From positions 1 to 64,000 of the forward strand of contig MQRK01243259.1 of NCBI GenBank assembly GCA_001938485.1: DNA of 64,000 bases. The letters run 5' to 3'. Within the stretch, counting starts at the first letter, position 1. Every line of letters begins with the position of its first letter. The position numbers and the translations under genes are program-made. This document shows positions 1 to 13,301 of this stretch, in pieces. This stretch comes from Girardia tigrina. Taxonomy: Eukaryota. Below the pieces are notes generated by a model. It saw only the letters and a list, made by a program, of their open reading frames with translations. It made no database searches and was not told the origin of the DNA.

Positions 1-129
1 TTTTTAATTTTTTAAAATATTTAATAAACAAATTAACATAAAAATATTTTACCCTTTAAATTAAAAAAATAATAAACTATTCAGGCGAGATAAAAATTTA
101 AAATTAACCCCTCATAGTTACAATGTAGC

Positions 130-870
130 TTACAAATCTTTTGCAATTTGACCATCTTCTTGTCTTAATTTTCCAAAAAGGTTCTCAAATACCTTGTAGC
201 TTTGGAGAATCGTCATATCTTGTCTGCAAATTACTGTTGCATAAACCTCAATGATCTCCGGACTCTCAACCAAGTCCTTTACAACAAGATCATCATTCTC
301 TGTTAAACATTTTTCTTCCAAGTTCAGTTCAAGCAATGCCTGATCTGAGAATTTTCTTACTTCCAGGTATCTGGTCATCATCCTTAACAAACTGTTCCAT
401 TTTGTTTTTGTGTTGAAAATAAGAGTTAATTCCTTGTTGTAATCTCTTATACAATTCTGTTGCAATAAATCGTTTTTTAAAGGAATTTTTCTAAACATTT
501 TTTTTGCAAAATTCCTTGAGTGTTTGATGACAACACTAATATTACTTTACTATTGTCTTTACTTTGTTCCAGTGTATACATCGGTATTTAATCCAATCTT
601 GCTAAGACAACATCAGCTGACTCCTTCTTTTGTAAGTAAGACGAAATCTTCAGCTGCTTTGCCCACTGTTTTTCACTATCATTCTTCTCGATGATGACTT
701 TTTTCTTTCTTTCCTAAGTGGTAAATGAAGTTAGTTGTCCCTTGTTTTGGATTGAAGGTTGCTGAGCAATATTTACACTTTACAATAGATTCATCATAAA
801 TTTCCCCAAGAACTTGTTTCCAAAATTCTGATTGCTTTCGTTTTACTTCTCTCCACTCGGTTGATGCCAT
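130..870 (-). mobile_element. Degraded hAT-superfamily transposase remnant (BED zinc finger plus core fragment)
   Basis: ORF 679-870 has a BED-finger pattern (FW..VKCKYC...GTTNFIYHL). ORF 130-498 has a hAT-like 'TKWNSLLRMMTRYL' motif. Broken by stops and frameshifts. Confidence 0.75.
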
Positions 871-876
871 TTAATA

Positions 877-1200
877 TTTAAAAACTTTCAACAAAGTTGA
901 TGAGTCACTTGATTGGACAATTATGCAGCAATTTTAAAAAAAATATTGGGAAAGAGTCTCGTGTGAGGCATTAATAATTAAAGCGGTTAATCCTGCAATT
1001 AATGTCCAATCAAGTGACTAGTCAACTTCGTTGAAAGTTTTGGCGTGAAACAGTAATTGCACGATTGATTGCGTTATCATCATTTTAACACATATAAGCT
1101 TAACAGGTACAATCAGAATCTTCTGATGAGGACGGATATTCCATCGACATATATTGCATCAATAAAAAAATTTATTTTAAAATGGCGTCTTCTAATTTTT
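877..1200 (+). mobile_element. 5'-truncated Penelope-like element 3' end with inverted partial repeat and degenerate hammerhead
   Basis: Encodes YWERVSCEALIIKAVNPAINVQ, the GIY-YIG C-terminus, homologous to 20140-20210. About 880-930 is an inverted copy of about 993-1042. ctgatga-g-gacgg..ccatc-gaca at about 1123-1155. Confidence 0.75.
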
Positions 1201-2679
1201 AAAAAACAACTGCCATTGTTCTTTTAAATTTATCAGTAGTACCAAATATTACTTACGCAAATCATTGAATATGAAGAAATGTCACCACTCACCGACAATA
1301 ATAACAATATTATTATAATAAATATAGGTACGAAATATGTGTCGTTGTATTTTTTAAATTATGATCTATTGTAAAAAAAATTTTGTAAATTTTTGTTTTT
1401 GACTACTGTATGTAAAATTTGAGATTAAGAAGAAACAACAAAAATATTCTCTAATGATAAATGAATTTTTGACTTCGCTAAAGTAGTACTTGCATATAAC
1501 TGAGATGTCATTACATATACGTCCAAAACTAAATGTTAGCATAATCAAATAGAAAGGAGTAAATTTAAACTTGGCAAATAAGAGAATAATTTAAGGATAA
1601 AATAATCTATTTTTTATTGTGCATAATTTTTTCTAGTATTTTAATTAGTCTAAAAAGTCTAAATTAGTCTTTTAAGTAGTCTAAAGTAAGTTAAATACAA
1701 TAGAATTAATTTAAGTCTTATGTATACAATCTTTCCTTATTAAACACAATGAGAATAAAATAATCGTTGACTGTTATATTAACAATCTTTTTTTAGCACT
1801 TTTAAAAAATTATTTGGCTAAAGCTATTTAAAAAATGATTATTGTATATGTTTCAAGGTTTTATTATAATAACAATTATAATTTAATATTTTTCAATTAT
1901 TTTTTATGGAATTATTTTTTATTTATTTTTATTTATTCGATATATTATGGGACAATAATGTTGATTTTCTAAGGAAGTCTTGGACTGGGCAACTTCTTAT
2001 TGATAAGTATATCAACAAATCAATACTTGACACTCACCTTCGATCAAAGATTCATCGATCTTGAACTCAAAGACGTTTTTGTTTGATTTATTGACGAACA
2101 ATGCTAAGGTCTCAGCCAACTTTAAACTTGTCGCACCATCAATCGTTTTGGCTGAGGTAATCATATATTTCACGATACATTAGTACCAATCGATAATAGA
2201 TTTAGGAGACGTGAGAACAACAGTAGCTAGCATTGCATCATTCACACTAAGCCTCGATAGCGTCTTGTGTACCTCAGCCGTTTTCTATGCCATTTTGTTG
2301 ATCAGATTGTGGAGAAGCTCGTAAAATCTGGGGTCCATCTTCATGAACCCCTTGATCTCCTTGGTATGCACGTGTAAAGCATGAATCTGCCGTACCTTAA
2401 CCAAGTACCTGACGAGCACCGTCACGTAGTGTCGCTCTACTTCAAACACCTGTTCAATTTGCTAGGAATGGCTCGAGCAAACCAATCAGCAAGCCAAATA
2501 ATACGCTATTCTTCGATGAATTTCGGGATATCCAGCTTTCAAAGTTACTTCCTCTCTCTGTATCTCCAAATATTGTCTCTCGATATCTCCAAATAAAGTA
2601 TTTTCATAGACGAAAAATTCGAATTTTTAACGCTTGCAATTCGACTAGATTTTTATCAAACGCAACGATTAATAATGTA

Positions 2680-3650
2680 AGTAGAAGAAAATGGGCATTC
2701 GGTCCCAAGACTCCCCCCGGGGGGTCACCGTAACCATGGAAAAGGTCGCAACGACCATAGCAGTGGTCATGGTTACCATGGTAACGGTCGAGGTTACCAT
2801 AACAACTTGTGCGGTTCACTTGACAACGTTTCTGATTGGTTCCCGGTAACCTAGCAACGGTCGCGATCACCCAAAAACGTTTCTGATTGGTCGGTGATCC
2901 ACTAGCAACGGTCATGATCACCAAAGCAACAGTTCAGCTTTCCATAGCAACGGTTCTGATTGCCCAGGACAGGCTTTTGATTAGTTCCAAAGTTATTAGT
3001 AACGGTTTCCATTTCCTTGACAACGGTTCCGATCACCTTAACAATGCTTCTCATTGGTTTCTGATACCTTGACAACGGTTCAGATCACCTCAACAACCAA
3101 TCAAATAACTGAAATCCTTGACAACCGTCACTGTTACCTTAAAAATCATCGAAAACACCTTAGAATCACGTTGGCAACCATCGAAATCACGTTAACAACT
3201 ATCGAAAACACCTGAAATTACCTTGACAACCGTCATCGTGACCCTAAAATCACCCAATTCACCTCAACAGACAATCAAATTACGTTGAAAATCATCAAAA
3301 ACACATTATAAACCATAATCGTTACCTTAAACCCATGAAAATCATCTTAAATATCATCAAAAACATGTAAAAACCATCAAAATTACACGAAAATGTGTAA
3401 ATCATTACTGCAGTATGTTGCACTGTGTTAATCAATACTTGCACTAAGCCAAGTCAGGCTGCACATGTGCTAATCAATACTTGCACATGTGCATGTGTGC
3501 AAATTAAAATCCATCAAATTTACCATATCAGTGCCTATGTATGCTGCACTGTGCTAATCAATAATGCATATGTGCTAATCAATGCTGCTCATGTGCAACT
3601 GTGCAAAATCTATAAGTTCACAATTTTGTAGAGTGCAATATATTCATGTT
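2680..3650 (+). repeat. Solo copy of Polinton-like terminal repeat: C6G6 palindrome, 21-bp X-box array, tgcac-rich repeats
   Basis: Colinear homology with 20985-21500, including ccccccgggggg, GTTACCATGGTAAC at 2772-2785, ctgattgg at 2832 and 2883, then gtgctaatc/gcacatgtgc repeats. Confidence 0.75.
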
Positions 3651-3869
3651 TTTAAATAATTTAGTTGAAAGTGGAGTAGAATACCCACAGTGAGGTAGTA
3701 TGCCCATAGGGTACAGGATTATTTGCTATCATCACAATTATCGTTACAAAACCCGATTATTTGCTGTTAGAATTGACTCAAAAGAAAAAAGAAGATATAA
3801 ATCTCTCTACAAGTTTTGATATATAACGATAACATGGAGAGAGATATATAATGATAACATCTACATTTA

Positions 3870-4900
3870 CTTCCTATTGTAGCACACTGATCACTTTTCC
3901 CTTTGATCGTGCATCCTCGTTTCCCTGCTCGTCTCTGAATTTAATATTATTCGTGAAGTAATCTCTTCTTGTAACATCTTCCCTTCTATTTGTTCTTTCG
4001 GACATTCTGTCCAATTCGTAATTTCTTTCTCCTAATTTAGCCACTGAATATTTTCTATTTGTCTTTGAACTTTGCTCTCCATACATACGAATAATTTCTC
4101 CTGTCATCTCTCCCAGTCTTTCTGTTGTCCCGTTTCCATTGCTACCGTACATTGAATCTATTTGGATTTTCATAGCATTGTGTTCTTACGTGCCCATTTT
4201 TATTACAGTGGTTGCCCCTGATGTTTGGGCATTCTCTTCTCACATGAACTTCTTCGTGGCATACCCGACAATAAATTTTTCTCGTTTTGAAATATCTCTT
4301 TCTTTATTCTATTATTCTTTCTTCGTTTTGTGGTCTTGGCTGTATTTCTTATGTTCGACCGTTCTCTATTCGTTGTCTCTTTTTGTGGTGTACGCGTCCA
4401 CCCTTATATCTTTACTCTTTGATTCGAATTCGTATATTTTCTTTTGTATACATTCGATATCCTCAGCTTTCGAGATACCTCTCAAAGCTATTTCTCTCTT
4501 CACTTCTCTATCATCTACAGCGTTAGCATATACTAAGTCTGATATCTCTTTTTTACCTAATTTCTTTTCTACTAGTTTTCCAACTAGTTCGTCTATTTTC
4601 CGGAATACGTTGAGGAGTCGTTTGATCCAACTTCTATTTTAACAAGTTCCCTCATTATCTCCAGAATGTTCTTTTCTCTGGTAAATGCAGATCTCATGTT
4701 TGTTTCCCATGTATCTCCCTGTGCATTTTCGTATTTGTTTATTGCTTCCGGAGTCATAAATGCTGTCTTTTCGGTTTTCTTTACATTTATTTATATCACA
4801 ATTTGAATTGCCATTAGAACAATTCTCCGTAAAACTTGCGTAGCTCGTCATCGTTCTTGATTGATATTCTTTAATAATGTTCTTTAATGTCTTATTATTC
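3870..4900 (-). mobile_element. LTR-retrotransposon gag remnant (probably Gypsy)
   Basis: Minus strand about 4165-4280 reads KIYCRVCHEEVHVRRECPNIRGNHCNKNGHVRTQCYENP, two CCHC-type knuckles, one degenerate. Purine-rich flanking ORF pieces. Confidence 0.65.
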
Positions 4901-5124
4901 AAACAAATTTAAATTACAATTTAATTATTATTATAAAAATAATTTAATCTTTAAATTATAATTTAATTATTACAAAAATAATTTATACTTTAAATTTGAA
5001 ATAATTTTTATTTATTTTAAGAAAATATTATTTATGAAATATTACTTTAATTTTAAAGTGATTATTTAAATTTTAATAATTGATTAAACAACCTGACGTT
5101 TTATATATTTAAAACATCAATCTT

Positions 5125-5210
5125 CCATCTGGGTGGGAGAAATACAATCCTAAAACAACATACCAAACAACACACAATAAACACCATTCAAAAATATTTC
5201 TCACAGATGT
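5125..5210. repeat. Conserved-end non-coding module, copy 1
   Basis: CCATCTGGGTGGGAGA...CAACATAC...AAATATTTCTCACA; homologous to 19299 and 34572. Confidence 0.7.
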
Positions 5211-6799
5211 AATTTTTTTACATTAATTGACTTACAAATTTTGTTTTTTATTTCATTGTAAATACTGTGTTCTGAAATATTGTATTTAATTATTGCTTGT
5301 TTAAAACTATTTAATAAATTACTTTGAATTAGCCTAAGATTTTCACTAGAATTAATCGTATTCAATAATTTATAAAAAAAGTAAATAAAAAAAATACAAA
5401 TTCACTATTTATTGTAATATTTGTATTTTTTTATTAATAATGATATTTTTCTGATTCTTTTTTGAGCTTGTTTTTTTAACTTTTGAATTTATTGATTTGA
5501 ATATTGCATTTATTGAATCACACATTTTTATATTTTTAAATCTATTTTTTAATGGATTTTAAACATCGGAATTTATTTTATACGATTTTCTTAATAATTA
5601 TATTAATATTTTACACCGAATAATATTGTAAAACAAAATATAAAACGATAATCACGCATGATCAGTCTGAATAACAAATGGGCAAAGCACGAAATACTCG
5701 AGAATCAAATAATCAGACACTGCGTTTCTGCTACCACCGGCCGGTCATCGAGGCAACCTGGGGATAAGACGGAGAAGGCATTATAATCTGATCTACAACT
5801 ATCTATTTATTTAATATTTCATGGAATACAATCATATATAAATATAAATAACATTATTTTATTTTAAAAAAGCATGACTTTGATAACTCGTTTACATAAA
5901 ATAACTACAATATATTGATTTTTTTTGTAAAATACAGTTTTTGGACTAATATTATTTGATTTTCAAAAATATATTTAAATAAATTATTTTCATACTTTCA
6001 ATTTTATGTATTTTTTAATAAGTTGGTCAATTTTGTTTCAATTTTAATTTGATGCAAAGGTCTTTAAGTTTATATTTTTTTAAAAATTGTAAAAGTTCTG
6101 CAATTCATTTTATCTCAATTATTTTGAAAATTATTTCAATCTTCAAATGGACTACTATAATTAATATATAATTATAAATCAGTACACGACTCTACTGTTA
6201 ATTATAAAGATCAACGTATCTTTTCTTTAGTTTAATGTCATGTAATTTAATTAATTTTTACTTAATTAATTCTCCTCTGCCTTCTTGAAATGAATATGTA
6301 AATCAACTTACATCCTTTAATTACTTTCTCAATAAAATATATTCCACACAAAAAATCATCCTTAATGAATACTAACATTATATTATACAATCCATGAAAA
6401 TAATATTTTGATGCTTTAAAACAAATATTTTAAAAGCCAAAGCGAAAGAAGAGGGAAAATTCCTAATCCTTCAGGATTAGACCTGATAAATATCACTATA
6501 TAAATAGGAAAAACGCAATTATAAATAGACTAAATAATACAATAAATGTTTTAAGACTTTTATAGATTTCGGTAAGATTAAAAATGAGTTTTGAGATCCA
6601 TTTCAAAGTGTTTGTCAGAGAGATTTAGCGTTCCGAAAGAATCATATCTTAAAAAGTATTATTTTGTAACTTAAATCAAATATTGTCTACAATTTATACG
6701 ATCAAGTGAGAAACTTAGACAATAACGTACTAGTATTTCTTTGGAAAATAAAATAAAGTTTATTTTATAAATTTAATAAATGAGATTTTATATAAGTAT

Positions 6800-6910
6800 T
6801 ATAATTAGAGTGCTGAATTTAATGATCTTAAAAATCAAAAATGACTCTATTTTATTTCCTCTCTTTCCGGGTGAGATACAGTCACTGGCAATTAACAGTG
6901 ACTTAACATC
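6800..6910 (-). repeat. Fold-back/MITE family end, copy 1
   Basis: Reverse complement of the tatctcacccggaaagagag...aaattcagcactctaat end seen at 8615-8695 and 14205-14285. Confidence 0.65.
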
Positions 6911-8469
6911 GTTCGTTTGAAAAATCCAAATGAAAATTGGAAATCTAAAAATAAATATCCAATTAAAAATCATAAAAAACGTTTAAACAGATAATAAAAA
7001 TAACTCACAGCATTGAAGAATAGTTTATATTATAGAAAAGAATGTTCTACCCCTCATACACACAAAACACACATACAATACATACATACAGAGACAAAAA
7101 CACACCTCATACNNNNNNNNNNNNNNNNNNNNNNNNNNNNNNNNNNNNNNNNNNNNNNNNNNNNNNNNNNNNNNNNNNNNNNNNNNNNNNNNNNNNNNNN
7201 NNNNNNNNNNNNNNNNNNNNNNNNNNNNNNNNNNNNNNNNNNNNNNNNNNNNNNNNNNNNNNNNNNNNNNNNNNNNNNNNNNNNNNNNNNNNNNNNNNNN
7301 NNNNNNNNNNNNNNNNNNNNNNNNNNNNNNNNNNNNNNNNNNNNNNNNNNNNNNNNNNNNNNNNNNNNNNNNNNNNNNNNNNNNNNNNNNNNNNNNNNNN
7401 NNNNNNNNNNNNNNNNNNNNNNNNNNNNNNNNNNNNNNNNNNNNNNNNNNNNNNNNNNNNNNNNNNNNNNNNNNNNNNNNNNNNNNNNNNNNNNNNNNNN
7501 NNNNNNNNNNNNNNNNNNNNNNNNNNNNNNNNNNNNNNNNNNNNNNNNNNNNNNNNNNNNNNNNNNNNNNNNNNNNNNNNNNNNNNNNNNNNNNNNNNNN
7601 NNNNNNNNNNNNNNNNNNNNNNNNNNNNNNNNNNNNNNNNNNNNNNNNNNNNNNNNNNNNNNNNNNNNNNNNNNNNNNNNNNNNNNNNNNNNNNNNNNNN
7701 NNNNNNNNNNNNNNNNNNNNNNNNNNNNNNNNNNNNNNNNNNNNNNNNNNNNNNNNNNNNNNNNNNNNNNNNNNNNNNNNNNNNNNNNNNNNNNNNNNNN
7801 NNNNNNNNNNNNNNNNNNNNNNNNNNNNNNNNNNNNNNNNNNNNNNNNNNNNNNNNNNNNNNNNNNNNNNNNNNNNNNNNNNNNNNNNNNNNNNNNNNNN
7901 NNNNNNNNNNNNNNNNNNNNNNNNNNNNNNNNNNNNNNNNNNNNNNNNNNNNNNNNNNNNNNNNNNNNNNNNNNNNNNNNNNNNNNNNNNNNNNNNNNNN
8001 NNNNNNNNNNNNNNNNNNNNNNNNNNNNNNNNNNNNNNNNNNNNNNNNNNNNNNNNNNNNNNNNNNNNNCCAATTGAGGCATTTTTCGCAAAAATGAAGC
8101 GGGAAGTCAGGACTGCAATAACAAACCATCCAGGCCTCCTGACACTAAGCCATCACCAAAGGCTGGTCGTTTTGCAGGAGAAAATCGATGCTGTGGCAGC
8201 AAACGAAAGCAACAAAGATATGTCCAATTACTTCCATCATCCGAAGAAATTCTTTGTTGACTGCATTCTGAAGAACGATATCCACGGTGATTGAATGCAG
8301 AAACATCTTAATTTTTGTTCTGTAAATGTTCTTAAATGTTCTGTNNNNNNNNNNNNNNAAAAAATCTTACTCTTTTAAATTTAACAAATAAATTTATCAG
8401 CCTAATTTAGAAAAAATCAGAATCCGCCATTTTCTCTTAAATGCTGGTTAACTACAGTTAACCACATGA

Positions 8470-8695
8470 CACTGTATTATTTTGTTCTTCCCCTCTGCCA
8501 ATAGAGTCACCACCGTCACCAATCCGCCGCAGTCACACCACTGCGCAACCCACTCTGTTATTAATGATTATTTTTATTATGGCGACTCTATTGGCAGAGG
8601 GGAGAACAAAATAATATCTCACCCGGAAAGAGAGAAAATAAAATAAAGTCATTTTTTTGATTTTTAAGGTCATTAAATTCCGTACCCTACTAATC
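8470..8695 (+). repeat. Fold-back/MITE family, copy 2
   Basis: Inverted repeat at about 8475-8510 / 8581-8616 followed by the shared family end. Confidence 0.65.
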
Positions 8696-8699
8696 AATT

Positions 8700-10280
8700 T
8701 AAAACTTATAAATTTCGTCAAGCTGATGATGAACAATTTCTTTTGCATGATTCTGGAGAAGGTGATCCTAATCGAATTGTAATTTTCGGAAGAGCTTCTT
8801 ATGGCATATAGTCTAATTTGATGAAGAAAATTTGTATAGATGGAAGTTTTCGTATTGCTCCTCTGCTTTTTACTCAAGTATATTTGATTATGTCTGTAAG
8901 AGGCGAATTTATCTTACCAGTGCCTTATACACTTCTTCCTGATGAAACTGATAATACTTACAATCGTATGTTTGAAGCTATTAAACATATATGGCCGAAT
9001 TTCGAACTCAACTCAATATAAACAGATTATGAAAAAGCAGTATTAAATGCAATTGAAAACGTCTTTGCTGAAGTAAGTATTTTTGGATGCTTTTTTTTCA
9101 TTTGGTACAAAATATTAAAAAAAGATGAGAAGAAAAGGAAGAACTCAAAGATATAATAATAATTCAGAATTTTCACTGGCTTTAAGAAAAATTACCGCCT
9201 TAGCTTATGTCCCAATAATGTAATTAGACAACGCTTTTGAATTTCTTACAGAAAATTCGACCGCGGAACTGCAAATAATACTTCAATATTTTGAAGATAC
9301 GTATTTCGGTTGTTTCAATCGAAGAGGAGTTCGTCAACGCACATTATTTCCACCTGAAATTCGGAATGTGTATGAATGAACACTTAATGGTTATGACACA
9401 ACAAATAACTATATAGAAGCATGCCATAGAAAAATTCAAATTGAATATGGCGCAGATCACCCAACAATTTGGAAATTTATAGATGGAATTCGCCGCATTC
9501 AATCAGGACGAGATCATGCATATGAAAGATATGTTATGGGTGAATTGCCACCAAATAAGAGAAGATAATATTGGCTGTGTGTTGAGAGAATTTTGTCAAT
9601 AGTACGAGAAGAAAACAATCGAACTTGAGATGAGTATCTAAGAGGCATTGCCAATAATTTTTAATGGAATAAAAATACAAAAATTTTACTTTGCTTTTCA
9701 TTATTACTTTTTATTGTTATGTAGCTTTTTTAAATATTAATAAAAATTCTGACAAGTATAAAAAAAGTCATTTTTAATTTATTTACTACTACATAATTTT
9801 TCATAAATAATTTTTATGCCGAATTTGTGAAATGGCCGAATTCATGAAATCGGCAAAAATTTTGTAAAATTCGTGAATTAGGCGAAAAATTGCCGAAAAT
9901 TATCAATATAAAATTAAATTTGATATTTTTAAATTAGATATAAATTAAATTTGAAAAAAATCTTAATTTATTATACCAAAAAGACTCCAAATGTAAAATT
10001 TTTATTCATAGTTATTTAAAATTCTTCCTTTGTGGTAAGCTGAATTGCAAACGTTTATTGTTAAAACCTTATTTTCATATTAAATTGATTTTTCCATATT
10101 AAATTGATAATTTTTCATTTTAAATACCTATTTTTCATAATAAATTGATTTTTTTTCCATATTAAATTGATGATTTTTCATATTATAATAATATTTTTTT
10201 TCATAAATGAATTAAAATTTTTTATTCGGCAAAAAATGCGTAATTCACGAATTCGACAATTATACAAATTCGACGTAACA
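8700..10280 (+). mobile_element. MULE/Mutator transposase pseudogene with 3' terminal repeats
   Basis: IDGSFRIAPLLFTQVY, TDYEKAVLNAI, GCFFHLVQN, TNNYIEACHRK and HPTIWKFI motifs across frameshifts. Ends in gccgaattcgtgaa-like repeats and ...ttcgacgtaaca. Confidence 0.85.
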
Positions 10281-10729
10281 GATACATACTACTGCTAAAA
10301 TTTTATAAATAAAATTGCCAAGGACCAAAACGGCTGGGACAAAAACAGTGAGAGACCAAAACGGAGGTACCAAAACAGTATGTACCCCAACCAGACATGA
10401 CGAAACACTTATACTTTGTAATCTCTTATTGCGCGTTAGCCATCCGGCTTATTTTGATCAATTAAGGGATGTCTAGACCGATAATTGATACTTATTACTG
10501 CACTTCCGCAATAAACGACTGTCTTTACCCATATAAACGTCTATGAGAAGACAGTGTGAACCACCAGTTCGCTACCCTGGAGGTGACCATGTTTGAACCC
10601 ACATACAATTATCCTAAGAACGACTGAAGTTTTGAAAGTAGAAATCTGCTGCCTTCACTTTACTTCTTCTGTATTCAGGGAATGACTTATCACTACCAGA
10701 CCTGTTACACGAACTTTCTTTATTGTTAT

Positions 10730-13301
10730 CGTGGCGTCGATCTTGGGGGGCGAAGGGGCGGCCGCCCCCCAATATTAATTGTAGGTGGCGAAAGAATCTT
10801 TAAATCTCATATAGAGTTTGATATTATCGGTAGTAAAGATTAATACATTGATAGGAATGATATAATGCTTACCATTAAAATAAAAGCAGTTGATGAACCA
10901 AGAAAATACATTACTGTTGACATTACAATATTAACACCGAGCAATTACCTCTTTCATTGCTTATTTAAAGATATGACCTTGTTTCTCAATAATACAAAGA
11001 TTGAGGACACTAATGATAGTTATTATCAAAAGGCTATCATTGAGACTACATTTAATTTAAGTTCAGATACGAAGATTGCGTTTCTCAAGTACATGGGGTA
11101 TGGTGAGGCAACTGAAAGAGTCAAATCCCCCCCCCCAATAATTTGCATAACTTTTTCGAATTATCACTCATTTTACCATTTTAAATTTAAGCTTTTCCCG
11201 TTTGGTACAGCATATCGGTACTGTTTTGTAATTTAGTTAAGTCGATAAAATTTGCAAATTAAATGAAAAGAGAACGAATTATTGTTGGAAATTAAAAATT
11301 TGACTTAATAAAATCTGTAATTGTACATATAAAAAAATTGTGATTTTAAAGGAAAAGTTTTTTGTGAAATTATTATTATTATTATACGTAAAATTGTATT
11401 TTATTAAAAATTATTATTATCTGAAAGTAAAATTACATTTTTGTTTGAACTCTAATTTGACTTCGTTGATGTTGTAAAAAGTTTTAAAAGTTGTGACTTT
11501 GGTAAAAAAATACTTTTTGTGAAATTTTTAAAGAGTTCATCAACTTCTGTTCTTGTGATTTATAACTCTAATCTATTATGATGCAAATTAGTAATTTTCA
11601 AAACTATTCTGATACCATCATACATTTTGAATAAACTTAAATTTATTTTTTTTATCAATTTATTTTATCGACACTTTTTTCAAGAGTGCTACAACCGGTC
11701 ATTCGACTCCCATCACTGACTGCTATCCAACCCCAACAACAGGGGACACCCATGACGGCCACGAGATGATATCGAGTTGTTCTTCAAGTCAGTCAACTGA
11801 TAAATTTGAGATTGTCGCAGAACTTCCTCTGAAAAAGACAAAGGCGATCCACTTAGTCTACGCAGAGAACCTAATCAAACAAGTACTGCTACTTTCACTG
11901 TCTCGGAGAAGAAATGGCGATTTTTTTCTGCTTAGCATAAACTTTTTACCTGGCTGGAATTGGATGAAGAAGTTGAAGCTGCCTTCTGCCACCAATGCAG
12001 ACAACTGCACCAACAAGGAGTCAGTAGTTATGTCAAAAGCGAGGCGGCATTTACTACCAAGGTCTTCACAAATTGGAAAAAGGCAACCCAGCGTTTTGGG
12101 AATTATGCGAGGAGTCTTTCGCACTGTCAATCTGCCTACAAGTTCTCGAATCTCTTGAAAGGTAGCAATATTTTCAACCAATTGAATATTCAAAATGAAG
12201 CTGAAAGAAAGAGGGTCAAAGAATGCTTAATGCAGGTGTTTTTCTCACTTCTGTTTCTTGAGCGACAAGGCCTCAATATTCGTGGACATGAAGATGTGAA
12301 CGGCAATTTCAAGCAGTTATTAAAGCTCCAATGTGGTGACTCAAGTGATTTACTTCTCTGGTTAAATAGAAAGAGCACATGGACATCAGTAGAAATCCAG
12401 GAAGAAATTCTACAGAGCATGTCCCTTACCATTATTCTCTATTTCGCAAAATAAAGAAAGGAAAGAAAATATTTAAGCATCATTGCTGATTAAACAGCAG
12501 ACTTCAGCAGTTAGGAGAAGCTGACGGTCTGCCTTCAAACAGTAAATGATAACTTTGATTTGGAAGAAACGTTTTTTGGAACGTACTCACTTGATCGTTT
12601 TGATAGCCCAACAATTTCCAGGTCCATTGAAGATATTTTATTTCGACTGAATTTGGAAATGAAGGATCATGGATTGCCTTTTGGATCGTGTATGTCATCA
12701 TTATGCGGAAGAATTGGACAAGCAGCGATTGGCCGCCAAGCTCCTTGGGTTAAAGCACCTTCGACCTGCTGGAAAGGAAAACATCACTACCATCCCCATG
12801 TAGATCATGATACGAATTAGTAGCACCCAAGTGACGCATATGATTCCGAGGGTGGTCCCTTTCATAAAAATTTATTTGGTCTGCCCAGCCACAACTGCAA
12901 CCGGCGAGTTACTTTAAGCCAGCTGAAGCTTCTCAAAACTCGCGTGAGAAGCACTATGCTCCAAGAGAGAACGAATCACCTTCTCGTCCCGAGGAGGTTT
13001 ACAACCTACAATTGAAGAAGTTGATTTATGAATTTATTCAGAAAAAGGATCTTCGTCGCAAGACGTTTGTTATAATTACTTGAAAATTTTGTGGACGAAG
13101 AATAAATTGTTAGTATTTGGATTTTGTTTTTTTACATTATGTCATGTGTCTACAGCACAGTTACTGGGAACCAGTAGGTAAATTAGTACCGTATAATTTT
13201 GTAAGCACGAGGATGTCAATTAGTGAAATTGATCAAACTAAAAATGCGATCTGCACATCTCGCCCTTACCCCTCAATAATGAAATCATATCGACGCCACT
13301 G
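10730..13301 (+). mobile_element. Internally deleted hAT element (TTF-zinc finger/DUF4371-type transposase)
   Basis: TIRs gtggcgtcgat / atcgacgccactg. ORF 11960-12454 has AFCHQC..FTNWKKA..H, RQGLNIRGHE..GNF and TSVEIQEEI. C-terminal remnant near 12900-13070. Confidence 0.85.
10801..11126 (+). pseudogene. Polinton major capsid gene fragment captured inside hAT subterminal region
   Basis: Near-identical to the reverse complement of about 23880-24198 (PSNYLFHCLFKDMTLFLNNTKIEDTNDSYYQKAIIETTFN). Confidence 0.9.

Noticed and set aside
3691-3712. tgaggtagta, matching the 5' end of let-7
   Set aside because: The match stops after 10 nt and no precursor hairpin is evident.
4139-4642. Hydrophobic 167-aa + strand ORF
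   Set aside because: It is the antisense shadow of the purine-rich gag remnant on the minus strand.
5122-5150. LPSGWEK reading resembling a WW domain start
   Set aside because: There is no second conserved Trp or aromatic motif, and homologous copies carry stop codons (TAA, TGG to TAG).
7013-8129. Long ORFs of 340-354 aa (similar cases at 32879-33368, 36846-37360, 46030-46446)
   Set aside because: They are read through runs of N (assembly gaps).
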